A stretch of 64,000 nt of DNA from Nitrososphaerota archaeon (GCA_040290255.1 PSMU01000002.1:64001-128000); one strand, 5' to 3'; shown: positions 7,971 through 17,814, counted from the stretch's first letter. Translations and numbers: made by a program. Notes: generated by a model not told the origin, from the sequence alone.

Positions 7971-8966
7971 ATGGCAGCCATAAGCACAGCGCCTCCCCGG
8001 CTGCCCTCGAGGGCGCAGGTGGCCCTGCTCAAGCTCAGGCTCACCATGCTGGGCACGTTTGCGGCCGTGGTGGCCATAGCCACGCTCCTGATCGAGGCCG
8101 TTTTGCTGACGCTGGGCCTCCCGGCCCTGAGCGTTTACTTGATCCTCCCACTCGTCGTGGTGATAAACCTCCTGCAGTGGCTCTTCGGGCCCTACATCAT
8201 CAACGCCGTCTACAGGGTTAGGCCGCTCGCGCAGGACGAGGAGCCCTGGCTTCATGAAGCGGTGCAGAGGTACAGCAGGGCCTGCGGCCTCTCAAGAACC
8301 CCAAAGCTTATGCTCGCCCAGATCGACATCCCCAACGCCTTCGCCTATGGCAGCCCGCTCTCGGGCCCCATGGTGGCCGTGACCAGCGGCATCCTCAGGG
8401 GCATGCCGGCCGAGGAGCTGGAGGCCGTCATAGGGCATGAGCTGGGACACCTGAAGCACCGCGACGTGGCCTTCATGCTCATGGTGAGCCTGATACCCGC
8501 CGTCATCTACTACCTGGGCTACATGCTGTATATGTCCGCCTGGTTCAGGGCGGGCTACGGCCGGCAGGGCTCGCCGCTGCTGGTGGCGGCCGTGGGCATG
8601 GGGCTTATGGTGATAAGCTTCTTCTTCAACCTGTTCGTCTTCTTCTTGAGCAGGCTGCGCGAGACCTATGCCGATGCCAACGCCGCCATGGTGGTGCCCG
8701 ACGGTGCGAGGAAGCTCCAGAGGGCCCTGGCGAGGATCCTGCTCCTCTCCGGCAGGATCAAGAAGGACCAGGCCCTGCAGCACAGCCAGCTGAAGCTCTT
8801 CTTCATCTCCGACCCCGCGCAGGGCGTCAGGGGGTATGAGGACGTGGATGAGCTCGTGGAGAGGCTGAAGGCATCTAAGGAGAGCCTGCTGGTGGAGCTC
8901 TTCAGCACCCACCCATCTCCAGGCAGGAGGCTCCGCTACCTCGACGCGTTCATACCCCCGGCCTAG
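7971..8966 (+). CDS. htpX: Zinc metalloprotease HtpX (M48)
   Basis: PNAFAYG, HELGH, SRLRETYAD and STHP motifs plus transmembrane segments. Confidence 0.92.
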   Translation: MAAISTAPPRLPSRAQVALLKLRLTMLGTFAAVVAIATLLIEAVLLTLGLPALSVYLILPLVVVINLLQWLFGPYIINAVYRVRPLAQDEEPWLHEAVQRYSRACGLSRTPKLMLAQIDIPNAFAYGSPLSGPMVAVTSGILRGMPAEELEAVIGHELGHLKHRDVAFMLMVSLIPAVIYYLGYMLYMSAWFRAGYGRQGSPLLVAAVGMGLMVISFFFNLFVFFLSRLRETYADANAAMVVPDGARKLQRALARILLLSGRIKKDQALQHSQLKLFFISDPAQGVRGYEDVDELVERLKASKESLLVELFSTHPSPGRRLRYLDAFIPPA

Positions 8967-9002
8967 GGAGAAGCTTTTTAGAGGGCCCGTAGCGAGCAGG
9001 GC

Positions 9003-10160
9003 GTGATAGCGCAGTCCTCGCTCGGCTACATCAACAAGATCTTCGCGAACGTGATGGAGGTGAAGGGGGCGGAGCTCGATGCTTTGCTCCACGACCTTAG
9101 GGCGGCGGGTGTCATAATCCCCTCGGGCGAGGGGAGGTCCAAGGGGGCGCTCAGCATAGCCTGCAGCGAGATGGCCAAGATGCAAGGAGGGAAGCTCATC
9201 CTAGATCGCTCCGACATAGGCTTCCCGGGCAGGAGCCTGAGGGAGGCGGCGGAGGTGCTGCGGAGGAGGTATGGCTACGTCACGCTGCTCATCGTCTCCG
9301 GAAGCGGGAGGTCCATGATGCCGCTGCTCGACGCGCAGTCCCTGGCCTCGTATCTGGCCGAGCATGACGAGGCAAAGCGCTACTTCATGATCGACGCGAT
9401 CACCTCCGATCCCGAGAGCCCCATAGCGAAGCTGGCCAGCGGCTACGGCAACGTGCTCACGCTGAAGGGCAGGGAGGTGGGCGATGAGCCCATAGAGCCC
9501 TCGCAGTTTCGCTCCGTCGGCATCCTCGAGGACGTATTTACGCTGGGCAGCTCGCTGCTCCTGCAGGGCGTGGCCAGGGCCCTTCATGAAGGGGCGCCCT
9601 CGCAAAGGGCGCTCGAGTACGTGGAGAAGCTGGGCTCCGAGATCGTGCGCACGCTGGAGGAGGCGGTGCGCTCCGAGTTCTTCTCCCAGGTGCTCTATAA
9701 GGCCGAGCAGAGGCACGTGGTCTTCCTGGGAGGCCTGGGCAGCGCCCAGGAGGTGGCGAGGATGACGGCGATAAGGATAGGACATGTGAAGAGGGCCGTG
9801 GGGGATTACGTCTTCGTGGCGGGGGAGACCTCGACGCCCCCGCCCAGGGTGGGCGACCTGCTCTTGGTCATCTCTAGGAGCGGGGAGACCGAGGTGGTGA
9901 GCTCCTGGTGCGAGAACTTCAAGCAGCTAGGGGGCTATGTGGCCGCGCTCGTGGGGAGGAAGGAGAGCACCATAGGCTCGCTGGCGGATACGGCCTTCGA
10001 GATACCTGAGACGGCCGAGCCCGGCGCGCCCAGCGACTTTTACCTGAAGGCCGCCTTCGTGCTCAGCCCGCTGCCCATCTACCTGGTGGAGAGGATGGAG
10101 CAGAGGGGCCTGAGGCTGCCCGAGTACATAATAAGGTGGCACCACAGCGTGACCGCTTAA
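9003..10160 (+). CDS. Tandem SIS-domain protein, 6-phospho-3-hexuloisomerase (PHI)-like duplication
   Basis: Two SIS halves: SGEGRS...LIVSGSGRS and GGLGSA...VAGETSTP...GDLLLVISRSGET. Confidence 0.75.
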   Translation: MIAQSSLGYINKIFANVMEVKGAELDALLHDLRAAGVIIPSGEGRSKGALSIACSEMAKMQGGKLILDRSDIGFPGRSLREAAEVLRRRYGYVTLLIVSGSGRSMMPLLDAQSLASYLAEHDEAKRYFMIDAITSDPESPIAKLASGYGNVLTLKGREVGDEPIEPSQFRSVGILEDVFTLGSSLLLQGVARALHEGAPSQRALEYVEKLGSEIVRTLEEAVRSEFFSQVLYKAEQRHVVFLGGLGSAQEVARMTAIRIGHVKRAVGDYVFVAGETSTPPPRVGDLLLVISRSGETEVVSSWCENFKQLGGYVAALVGRKESTIGSLADTAFEIPETAEPGAPSDFYLKAAFVLSPLPIYLVERMEQRGLRLPEYIIRWHHSVTA

Positions 10161-10163
10161 GCG

Positions 10164-11201
10164 CTACTCCACGGAGACCTTCAGCGGCCTCCTCAGCTCC
10201 TCATAGTACTCCCTCATCCAGGGCAGCAGGTCCCTGCCCAGGAGGCTCAGGAACTTATCCTCGTCGGGGCTGGAGCTGTGTATGTAGATGCGCTCGAAGC
10301 CCAGCTTCATCAGCTCCGCCAGGCTCTTCACGATCGCATCGGCATCCGTGCAGATGAGCCACGTCTTCTCTATCTTCCTTATCTCCTGCTCGGTCACGAG
10401 CTTCTCCAGCTCCCTGGGGTCGGAGACCTTCTCCCTCTTCTGCCGGGGCACGGCCGAGGTGGCCCAGTAGAGCGCGGACTGAAGGGCCCTATCATAGTCC
10501 ACGTCATACGAGACCTTGAACTCCAGGCAGCGCGTGAGGGCCTTGGGGTCCCTGCCGGCGTTCGCCGCCGCCCGCTCCATCGCCTCGAAGAGCTCCCTCA
10601 CGTCCTTCTCGAGCCCCCTCGGGTTCGTGAGCATGCCGTCCGCATACAGGCCGGCCAGCTGGGCCACCCTCCTGTCCGATGTGGCCACGTAGAGCTTGAC
10701 CGGGGCCTTCGGCTTCGTGTAGAGCTTGGCGTTGAGCAGCCTGTAGTACTTGCCCTCGAAGGTGACGAAGTCATCCTCCCAGAGCAGCCTTATGATCCTC
10801 AGCGCCTCCGCAAGGCGCTCCACCTTCTCCCTGTAGCCCGGCCAGCTGAAGCCCAGCGGCACTTCGTTCATGGCATGGCCCGTGCCCACCGTGAGGAAGA
10901 CGCGGCGCGGGAAAAGGTAGCCCATCGTAGCGAAGGCCTGGGCCACGATGGCCGGATGATAACGAAAGAGGGGCGTCGTCACCGCCGTGCCCACCTCCAG
11001 CCTCTTGCTCTTCTCCGCGATCAGGCTGGCGAGGATCCAGGGGAAGCCGGCATGGCCGCCCTTATCCCTCCACGGATGAAAGTGATCGCTCACGACCACT
11101 ATATCGAAGCCGGCCACCTCGGCCCTCATCGCCCTCTTGAGCAGCGTCTCGGGGTCGAACTGCTCCTGCGCGGCCCAGTAGCCGAGGCGGAGCTTGGGCA
11201 C
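10164..11201 (-). CDS. F420-dependent LLM-class oxidoreductase, glucose-6-phosphate dehydrogenase (Fgd)-like
   Basis: AAQEQF, SDHFHPW, GTAVTTPLFRYHPAIVAQAFAT and GTGHAMNE motifs typical of the Fgd/Adf subfamily. Confidence 0.82.
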   Translation of the reverse strand: MPKLRLGYWAAQEQFDPETLLKRAMRAEVAGFDIVVVSDHFHPWRDKGGHAGFPWILASLIAEKSKRLEVGTAVTTPLFRYHPAIVAQAFATMGYLFPRRVFLTVGTGHAMNEVPLGFSWPGYREKVERLAEALRIIRLLWEDDFVTFEGKYYRLLNAKLYTKPKAPVKLYVATSDRRVAQLAGLYADGMLTNPRGLEKDVRELFEAMERAAANAGRDPKALTRCLEFKVSYDVDYDRALQSALYWATSAVPRQKREKVSDPRELEKLVTEQEIRKIEKTWLICTDADAIVKSLAELMKLGFERIYIHSSSPDEDKFLSLLGRDLLPWMREYYEELRRPLKVSVE

Positions 11202-11251
11202 GCCGTCGCGCGGCCCCCATAGTATATAGGCCTTTGTGTGGGCGAAGCGCG

Positions 11252-11932
11252 CTAGGGGAAGCCCAGCACGAGGCAGGGCGCTCCGTCCAGGCCCTCGGCG
11301 AGCAGGGGAGCGACGATGAGCCTTCGGTAGCGTTTGGGCTTATCGGCCAGGTCCATGTCCTCCACGATCAGGAACCTGCGCCCGCCCAGCAGAACCCTGT
11401 GCGCCCTCCTGCCCTCTTCCCTATGTAGGGGGGAGCTGATGCTGATGGCATCGATCCCAAGGCCCCTGAGCCTGGGATAAAAGCCCGCCAGGTACTCCGC
11501 CGCGGCGGCCGAGAGGCAGGGGCCCCTGCCCGCATATACCTCGGGCCTCTCGCTCCTGAACCTCTGGAAGCCGGTGCGCAGCATGAGGAAGGAAGCGCCC
11601 GCCCATTCGCGCTCGCGGTGCTGCAGCTCTTCCCGGCTTATCAGCTCCCCCTCACGCTTAGGGATGTCCAGCAGCACGGCGCGCTCGAAGAGCAGCTCTT
11701 CAACATGGAAATCGGAGAGCGAGCAGCCCTTTTCGTCGAAGTGAAGGGGCGCATCCGCATGGGTGCCCACGTGTCCTCCCATCACCAGCAGGGAGGCATT
11801 GGAGCTGGCCCCCTCGCCCATAGCGCGCAGCCTTGCCACGATGAAGGGCGCCATGCCGGGATAGACGGGGCTCCGCATAGAGAGGCGATGTGAGAGCAAA
11901 AGGGGCCTACTGCCCTTCCGCCCAGGGCCCAT
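11252..11932 (-). CDS. Cyclase-family (kynurenine formamidase-like) metal hydrolase
   Basis: HVGTHADAPLH metal motif, GIDAISI and DGAPC. Start reassigned to ATG 11932, overlapping the end of gnd. Confidence 0.85.
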   Translation of the reverse strand: MGPGRKGSRPLLLSHRLSMRSPVYPGMAPFIVARLRAMGEGASSNASLLVMGGHVGTHADAPLHFDEKGCSLSDFHVEELLFERAVLLDIPKREGELISREELQHREREWAGASFLMLRTGFQRFRSERPEVYAGRGPCLSAAAAEYLAGFYPRLRGLGIDAISISSPLHREEGRRAHRVLLGGRRFLIVEDMDLADKPKRYRRLIVAPLLAEGLDGAPCLVLGFP

Positions 11933-13304
11933 GGTGCACCCCCGGCCTATCGATCCTTTCAAAGCCATGGCCGCCGAAGAGGTCCCTCATGCCCTGCAGT
12001 AGGTTCGCGGGCAAAGTCTTGCTGGCGAGCGCATCGAAGTGGTCGAGGGCTGAGGAGAGCGCGGGCATGGGCAGCGCCGCCTCCTTGGCCCTAGATAGCA
12101 CCTTCCTAGCCCCTTCATGCCAGGCCCTGGCCCTTCTCTCGACGCCCGGCACGAGCAGCGCGTGCTGTTTGGCATCGAGCTCGCCGGCCAGCTTGAGCAG
12201 CTCATCCAGCAGCGAGGAGCGCACCACGCTGCCCGCATGCCATGCCAGCAGCACGTGCTCCAGCCTGAAGCCATAGGCATGGGCCTTCGCCGCCCTCCTG
12301 AGCAGCTCCAGGCCCTCGACGTACGCCATGAGGAACCCGAAGTTGAGCGCCTGCTCCATCTCGCCATCCTGCGGCATGGGGCCCGCGGTCAGAAGTTTAT
12401 ACCGAGGCGCCAGCAGCTCGCGCAGCTCCTTGAGGCTGGAGAGCACCCTCGCCTCCACGGCGCTGCAGATCATGGGCGCGGGCCAGCCGAGCTCCAGCGC
12501 CTCCTGGGCGCACCAGCGCCCCGTGCCCTTCTGCTCGGCCTTATCCATGATGAGCTCCACGAGCGGCAGGCGCGTGTCCTCATCCCTGTAGGATAACACC
12601 TGTAGGGCCGTGTCGAGCAGAAACGACGCGGCGGGCCCATTGGCGCAGGCGCGCAGGAACCCCCTTATCTCCTCCACCTCCCTGGCCAGCAGCCTGCGCT
12701 GCACATCGTACAGCTCGGCCAGGACCTGCATCATCGCGTATTCGATGCCGTTATGCACCATCTTTACATAATGGCCCGCGCCCCCCGCCCCAAGGTAGGC
12801 CAGCGCTGGGCCCCGAGGCCCTCGGGCCGCGGCCGCCTCCAGCAGGGGCCTGAGCCTCTCGAAGCCCTCGCTGTCCCCGCCCGCCATGATGCTGAGCCCC
12901 CTCCTTGCGCCCGCCGGCCCCCCGCTCACGCCCACGCCGCAGAAAATGTAGCCCTTGGCTCTCGCATGCTCCGCGCGCCGCTCCGTATCGCGGAAGTGGG
13001 AGTTGCCGAGGTCGGCCACGACATCCCCCGGCTCGAGGAAGCGCTCTAGGTGGGAGAGCACCTCACCCACGGGAGGCCCCGGCGCCACCATCAGCAGGAC
13101 CTTCCTGGGGCTCTTCAGCTCCAGCGCCAGCTCCCTTATCCCCTCAAAACCCTTTACGGGCAGGCCCTCGGCCCTGGCCAGCAGCTCCTCCGTCCTCTCC
13201 TTCGTCCTGTTATACACAGCGACGGAGAAGCCCTTCTCCGCCAGGTTCAGGGCCAGGTTCTGGCCCATGCGGCCCAGCCCTATGATGGCCACATCGTAGC
13301 CCAT
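11907..13304 (-). CDS. gnd: NADP-dependent 6-phosphogluconate dehydrogenase (decarboxylating)
   Basis: GLGRMG, YNRT, GVSGG, GHYVKMVHNGIEY, QKGTGRW and NLLQGMRDLFGGH; full-length 465 aa. Confidence 0.95.
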   Translation of the reverse strand: MGYDVAIIGLGRMGQNLALNLAEKGFSVAVYNRTKERTEELLARAEGLPVKGFEGIRELALELKSPRKVLLMVAPGPPVGEVLSHLERFLEPGDVVADLGNSHFRDTERRAEHARAKGYIFCGVGVSGGPAGARRGLSIMAGGDSEGFERLRPLLEAAAARGPRGPALAYLGAGGAGHYVKMVHNGIEYAMMQVLAELYDVQRRLLAREVEEIRGFLRACANGPAASFLLDTALQVLSYRDEDTRLPLVELIMDKAEQKGTGRWCAQEALELGWPAPMICSAVEARVLSSLKELRELLAPRYKLLTAGPMPQDGEMEQALNFGFLMAYVEGLELLRRAAKAHAYGFRLEHVLLAWHAGSVVRSSLLDELLKLAGELDAKQHALLVPGVERRARAWHEGARKVLSRAKEAALPMPALSSALDHFDALASKTLPANLLQGMRDLFGGHGFERIDRPGVHHGPWAEGQ

Positions 13305-13341
13305 GGCAGGCCCTCGCGTGGCTAGCTTAAAGGGGTGAACG

Positions 13342-14514
13342 CTATGCCTCCCTGGCGGCCAGCTCCGCGCCCCTCACCATGTTGGTGAGCTTGGCCATGT
13401 AGACCTCCCAGGGCATCCTCCTGCCGCCGCAGTCGGGGTTCACCCAGAGCCTCTCGGCATCAAAGTACCTTAGCGCGAAGAGGATCCTGTCGCGGACCAG
13501 CTCGGGGCTTTCGATGACGAAGCCCTTCCAGGTACCCCGGGCCTCGCTCTTGTGCACGTCGAGCACGCCGAGGCCTATCTGCCCCCTGTAGCCATATTCG
13601 GAGAACTCCTTGAGCAGCAGATAGCCCCTCCTCGCCTCCCGATCCACGCCCAGCTGGAGCCCATCCACGTTGGCCAAGGCTATGACGAGCATATCTATAT
13701 CCTTCAGGCGCGGCGCGTATTGTGCAAGAAGGGGATAATCGCTATAACAGACGTGCAGGCTGAAGCGGCAGCGCACCCCTGCCGTGAGCCTGTTCATCGC
13801 CTCCACGAAGGTCTCCATCTCCCACGGATGGGTCGTCGCGGCCGGCTCATCGATCTGAATCCAGTCAACGCCCATCCTCACCATCGTCTGAACCTCGGGC
13901 CTGTACACCTTATCGATCAGGTCGAAGAGGAACTCCTCCCGGGCGGCCCTCTTGACCTGGGGCGTCGAGATGGGGATGCCGAGCCTCTGCCTCTGCCTCG
14001 CCTCATAGTAGCCCAGGTAGGACCAGTCCATGAGAGTATAGGGGCCCGTAATGGGCACCTTCAAGGGGAGGCGCGCGAACCTCTTCGCCAGGCTCAGCTC
14101 CTCCAAGTAAATGCCGCCATAATAGGAAGGGGCGTTGACCGCCGCGGCCCTGCGATAGTAGGCGTAATCGAAGGAGTTCACGCTGCCCAGGAACCTAAAG
14201 CCGCCGAGCCTCCTCACCACGTGCTCATACATCTCCACGCGCAGCTGCTCGCCCGTGTAGGCCACATCTAGGCCCGCTACCTCAAAGAACCTCAGCGCAT
14301 AGCGCACCGACCATTCCAACACGCCCCTCCTCTTCTGCTCCGAATCGGGCGCCCTGAGCAGGCCTATGAGCTGCTCATAGCCCTCGACACCCAGCCTTCG
14401 CCCCCAGTACCTCGCCTCCTCGATATCCTTCTCCTCGAGCTGGTCGCCCCTATAGGCCTTGAGCCTCCAGGAGGGCTTCTTCAGGCTCCCTATCTCCTGC
14501 GCCCTGAACTTCAC
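13342..14514 (-). CDS. metE: Cobalamin-independent methionine synthase, catalytic (C-terminal) half
   Basis: TGPYT, IQIDEPA, and Zn ligands in LHVC and NPDCG. Confidence 0.88.
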   Translation of the reverse strand: MKFRAQEIGSLKKPSWRLKAYRGDQLEEKDIEEARYWGRRLGVEGYEQLIGLLRAPDSEQKRRGVLEWSVRYALRFFEVAGLDVAYTGEQLRVEMYEHVVRRLGGFRFLGSVNSFDYAYYRRAAAVNAPSYYGGIYLEELSLAKRFARLPLKVPITGPYTLMDWSYLGYYEARQRQRLGIPISTPQVKRAAREEFLFDLIDKVYRPEVQTMVRMGVDWIQIDEPAATTHPWEMETFVEAMNRLTAGVRCRFSLHVCYSDYPLLAQYAPRLKDIDMLVIALANVDGLQLGVDREARRGYLLLKEFSEYGYRGQIGLGVLDVHKSEARGTWKGFVIESPELVRDRILFALRYFDAERLWVNPDCGGRRMPWEVYMAKLTNMVRGAELAAREA

Positions 14515-15470
14515 GACAGACGAAGCAGCTCGTCGGCCGTGGCCCTTAAAACCTTTAGCTTCTCCTTTGCCAGCTCGTAGGGCACGAAGCGCAGGTCCGC
14601 GCTGGGCATCACGTAGAGCTCCTCCGCGCCCAGCTCCCTAATCCTGGGGCCCAAGAAGCGGGCCAGCTGTGCTCCGTCCTCGAGCAGGGAGGTGTCCACG
14701 TCGGCGACACCTAGGCCCATGTAGCGCCTGCTCCTCAGCATGCTCAGCGCCTCGAGCGGCGTCCTGGTCAGGTCCACCTTAAAGAGCCACTCTTCGGGCA
14801 TGATGCGGGCCAGGGAGGGCAGGAGCTGAGAGGCATCCACCATATCGAAGCCCACCAGCAGCCTGAAGCCCTCCAACCTCTTCAGCGCATCCCTCCACAC
14901 CTCCAGCTGGCGCTCGGAGGGGGAGGCCAGCGCCATATACGGCTCATTGAGGCAGACCAGCTCGAGCCCGCGCAGGGAGGGCGAGGAGAGCAGCGAGCTG
15001 AGCGCCGAGCAATAAGCGAGCATGAGCCCTCCGGCGTCCACCGCACCCTCCCTTATGCTGCAGGCGGCAAATGTGAAGGGGCCCGGCACCTCCAGCACGT
15101 ATCTCTCCTGCACCAGCCTCGAGTGCGTGTAGCGGGGAAGGATGCCCGGCTTGGGCTTGGGCAGCGAGCTGACGAGCGGCGCCCTGAAGAACGTATTGGT
15201 CTCCAGCCACCGCGTGAGGGGGCCGGGCGCCACATTCCTCATAGAAAGCAGAAGAGGCCTGAAGGGGTCCTTCCATTTAAGCTGGCCATCGCTGATGTAG
15301 GCGAAGCCGTAGCCCTTCTGCAGCGAGATGAACTCCTCGGCCTGGGCAAGGAAGGCCAGCTCCAGCTCCCGCCGGGGGACGCGGGCCGTGCCCAGCTCCG
15401 CCGCCCTCGTGAGCCGCACCAGCTCCTCCGCCCTCGGGCAGAGGCCCGGGGCCATCGCCTTGGCCTTCAT
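14511..15470 (-). CDS. MetE N-terminal-half-like subunit (split methionine synthase)
   Basis: SDGQL.W.D, LTRWLETNTFFR and PGPFT; 4-bp overlap with the catalytic half. Confidence 0.8.
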   Translation of the reverse strand: MKAKAMAPGLCPRAEELVRLTRAAELGTARVPRRELELAFLAQAEEFISLQKGYGFAYISDGQLKWKDPFRPLLLSMRNVAPGPLTRWLETNTFFRAPLVSSLPKPKPGILPRYTHSRLVQERYVLEVPGPFTFAACSIREGAVDAGGLMLAYCSALSSLLSSPSLRGLELVCLNEPYMALASPSERQLEVWRDALKRLEGFRLLVGFDMVDASQLLPSLARIMPEEWLFKVDLTRTPLEALSMLRSRRYMGLGVADVDTSLLEDGAQLARFLGPRIRELGAEELYVMPSADLRFVPYELAKEKLKVLRATADELLRLS

Positions 15471-16486
15471 GGCCTTAGGAGCACCCTGCCTATGGCCTCC
15501 TTGTTCTTCAGCGCCCGGTGTGCCTTCTCGGCCTCCTCTAGCGGCAGGGTCGCATGTACGATGGGCATGACCCTACCCCTGGCGTGAAGGGAGAGCGCGG
15601 CAGCAAGCTCGGCCCTCGTGCAGCCCACCGAGCCCAGGATGGCGTTTTCGCGCAGGATCAGCAACCCCAGCCCGAGCTGGGCCGGCGTGGGCTCCACGTT
15701 CCCCACCTGCACGATCCTCCCTCCCCAGCGAAGGGCCCTCAGGCTCTCCTCCAGCGTGGGCCTGCCGACGGCTTCGAGCACAAGGTCAACGCCCTCGCCC
15801 CCGGTGAGCTCCTTGACGCGTTGGGAAAAGCGGCCCTGCTCCGCCACGATCACCTCATTGGCCCCCGCCCTCCTTATCGCCTCCTCCTTCCAGGGGGAGC
15901 TCGTCACCGCTATGACCCTCGCTCCATAGCTCCTTGCAAGCTGTACGGCATGAATCCCCACGCCTCCTCCCGCGCCCGTGACCAGCACCGCCTCCCCCCT
16001 CCTCAGCCTTCCCCTCGCCTTAAGCGCATGCACCAGCATGCCCGTTACGCAGGCCGCGATGGTGGCCGCCTCCCAGGAGACCTTGGCCGGAAGCTTGACC
16101 AGGCCGTTGACGTGCGCTTTTATCCTCTCAGCATAGGAGCCATCCAGCTCCTCGCCGTAGGTCCTCTTGTTCCTGCAGAGGTTCTCCTCGCCCGCCGCGC
16201 ACCTGTCACAGCTAAGGCAGGGGACATAGATAAGCGAGGCCACCCTGTCGCCTTCCCTGAACTCCTTCACGCCGGGCCCCACGGCCTCGACCACCCCGGC
16301 GATTTCATGTCCCAGCACCACGCCGGGCTTGGCCCGGGGGAAGAAGCCCTCGGCCGTGAGCACGTCCCTGTAGCAGACCCCCGTATAGATTGGCCTGAGC
16401 ACTACTTCTCCCGGTCCCGGCTCCGGGTTGGGGAGCTGGGCCAGCTCAAGCCCCTTATTCCCGGGGCCCAGCCGCACCGCCTTCAC
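15467..16486 (-). CDS. Zn-dependent MDR dehydrogenase, acryloyl-CoA reductase-like
   Basis: CYRD, GHE, structural Cys, ACVTGM, TGAGGGVGIH and GGRIVQVGNV. Start reassigned to GTG 16486. Confidence 0.82.
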   Translation of the reverse strand: MKAVRLGPGNKGLELAQLPNPEPGPGEVVLRPIYTGVCYRDVLTAEGFFPRAKPGVVLGHEIAGVVEAVGPGVKEFREGDRVASLIYVPCLSCDRCAAGEENLCRNKRTYGEELDGSYAERIKAHVNGLVKLPAKVSWEAATIAACVTGMLVHALKARGRLRRGEAVLVTGAGGGVGIHAVQLARSYGARVIAVTSSPWKEEAIRRAGANEVIVAEQGRFSQRVKELTGGEGVDLVLEAVGRPTLEESLRALRWGGRIVQVGNVEPTPAQLGLGLLILRENAILGSVGCTRAELAAALSLHARGRVMPIVHATLPLEEAEKAHRALKNKEAIGRVLLRP

Positions 16487-16560
16487 GCGCGCGTAGCCCC
16501 CCTGTGGCCTAAAATGCTTATCCGAGGCAACCATTTAAATCTCGTCCGCCGCATCAGGGC

Positions 16561-17814
16561 GTGGCGCTTGAGGCGCTGACGCTGGAGGACCTGGAGCTCG
16601 AAGGCAAGACGATCTTCGTCAGGGCCGACCTCAATAGCCCCGTGGATCCCAAGAGCGGCAAGCTGCTGGACGTCAGCCGGCTGCAGGAGGCGGCGCTTAC
16701 GCTGAGGGCCCTGGCCAGGTACTCGAAGGTGGTGGTGGCCTCCCATCAGGGCAGGGTGGGGCGAAGCGACTACATCTCCATGGAGCAGCATGCAAAGGAG
16801 CTCTCCAGGCTCCTAGGAAGGCCCGTGGCCTTCGTCATGGATGTGATGGGCGAAGCGGCCCAGCGCCGCATAGCCGCGTTGAGCCCGGGCGAGATCCTGC
16901 TGTTGGACAACCTCCGCTTCGTGGCCGAGGAGAATATGGAGTTCAGCTTCGAGGAGGCCAAGAAGACGGTGCTCGTGAGGAGGCTCGCGCCGCTCTTCGA
17001 TGCAGTGGTGCTCGATGCCTTCCCCACCGCGCATAGGGCGCATCCCTCGATCATAGGCTTCAGCGAGCTACTGCCCACGGCCGCGGGAAGGCTCGTGGTG
17101 AAGGAGCTGAAGGCCCTATCGAGGCTCGAGAATGTAACCAAGGGCCCCTTCGTGGCCCTGCTCGGAGGGGCAAAGGTGGGCGATAGGCTGGAGGCGATAG
17201 AGCAGTTCGTGACCAGCGGCAGGGTCGAAAAGGTGCTCGTGGCGGGGCTCCTGGCCAGCCTCTTCCTCAAGGCGAAGGGCACGATTAAGTACCCGCTTGG
17301 GATTGAGAAGGAGGAAGAGGCCTGCGGAAAGGTCCGGCGGCTCCTGGAAGAACACCCGGAGCTCTTTGAGCTGCCCTCCGACGTGGCCGTGGACAGGGGA
17401 GGGGAAAGGGTGGAGGTGCCCGTGAGCGAGGTAAGAGAAGGGGAGCGCATCTATGACCTGGGCAGCGCCACGATAGCCAGGTATGCCCGATACATCCTAG
17501 GAGCGGGGACCGTCTTCGTGAGCGGTCCTCCGGGGCTCTTCGAGAGGGAGGAGTTCAGCGAGGGCACGAGAAGGCTTCTGGAGGCCGTCGCCTCTTCATA
17601 CGCGACCACGGTGGTGAGCGGGGGCCACCTGAACGCGGCCCTGCAGAAGTATGGCATAAGGGACTCCATCGATCTCGTCAGCACGGCGGGTGGGGCGCTG
17701 GTGCTGTACCTCGCCGGCAGGAGGCTGCCCATGCTCGAGGCCCTGCAGAGGGCCTATAAGAGATGGCGCGAGCAGCACGTGGCCCCGAGGGCCCCCGGCC
17801 AGGCCTCGCCATAA
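16561..17814 (+). CDS. pgk: Phosphoglycerate kinase
   Basis: RADLNSP, SHQGR, LDNLRF, LGGAK, SGGH and VSTAGGA. Confidence 0.96.
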   Translation: MALEALTLEDLELEGKTIFVRADLNSPVDPKSGKLLDVSRLQEAALTLRALARYSKVVVASHQGRVGRSDYISMEQHAKELSRLLGRPVAFVMDVMGEAAQRRIAALSPGEILLLDNLRFVAEENMEFSFEEAKKTVLVRRLAPLFDAVVLDAFPTAHRAHPSIIGFSELLPTAAGRLVVKELKALSRLENVTKGPFVALLGGAKVGDRLEAIEQFVTSGRVEKVLVAGLLASLFLKAKGTIKYPLGIEKEEEACGKVRRLLEEHPELFELPSDVAVDRGGERVEVPVSEVREGERIYDLGSATIARYARYILGAGTVFVSGPPGLFEREEFSEGTRRLLEAVASSYATTVVSGGHLNAALQKYGIRDSIDLVSTAGGALVLYLAGRRLPMLEALQRAYKRWREQHVAPRAPGQASP

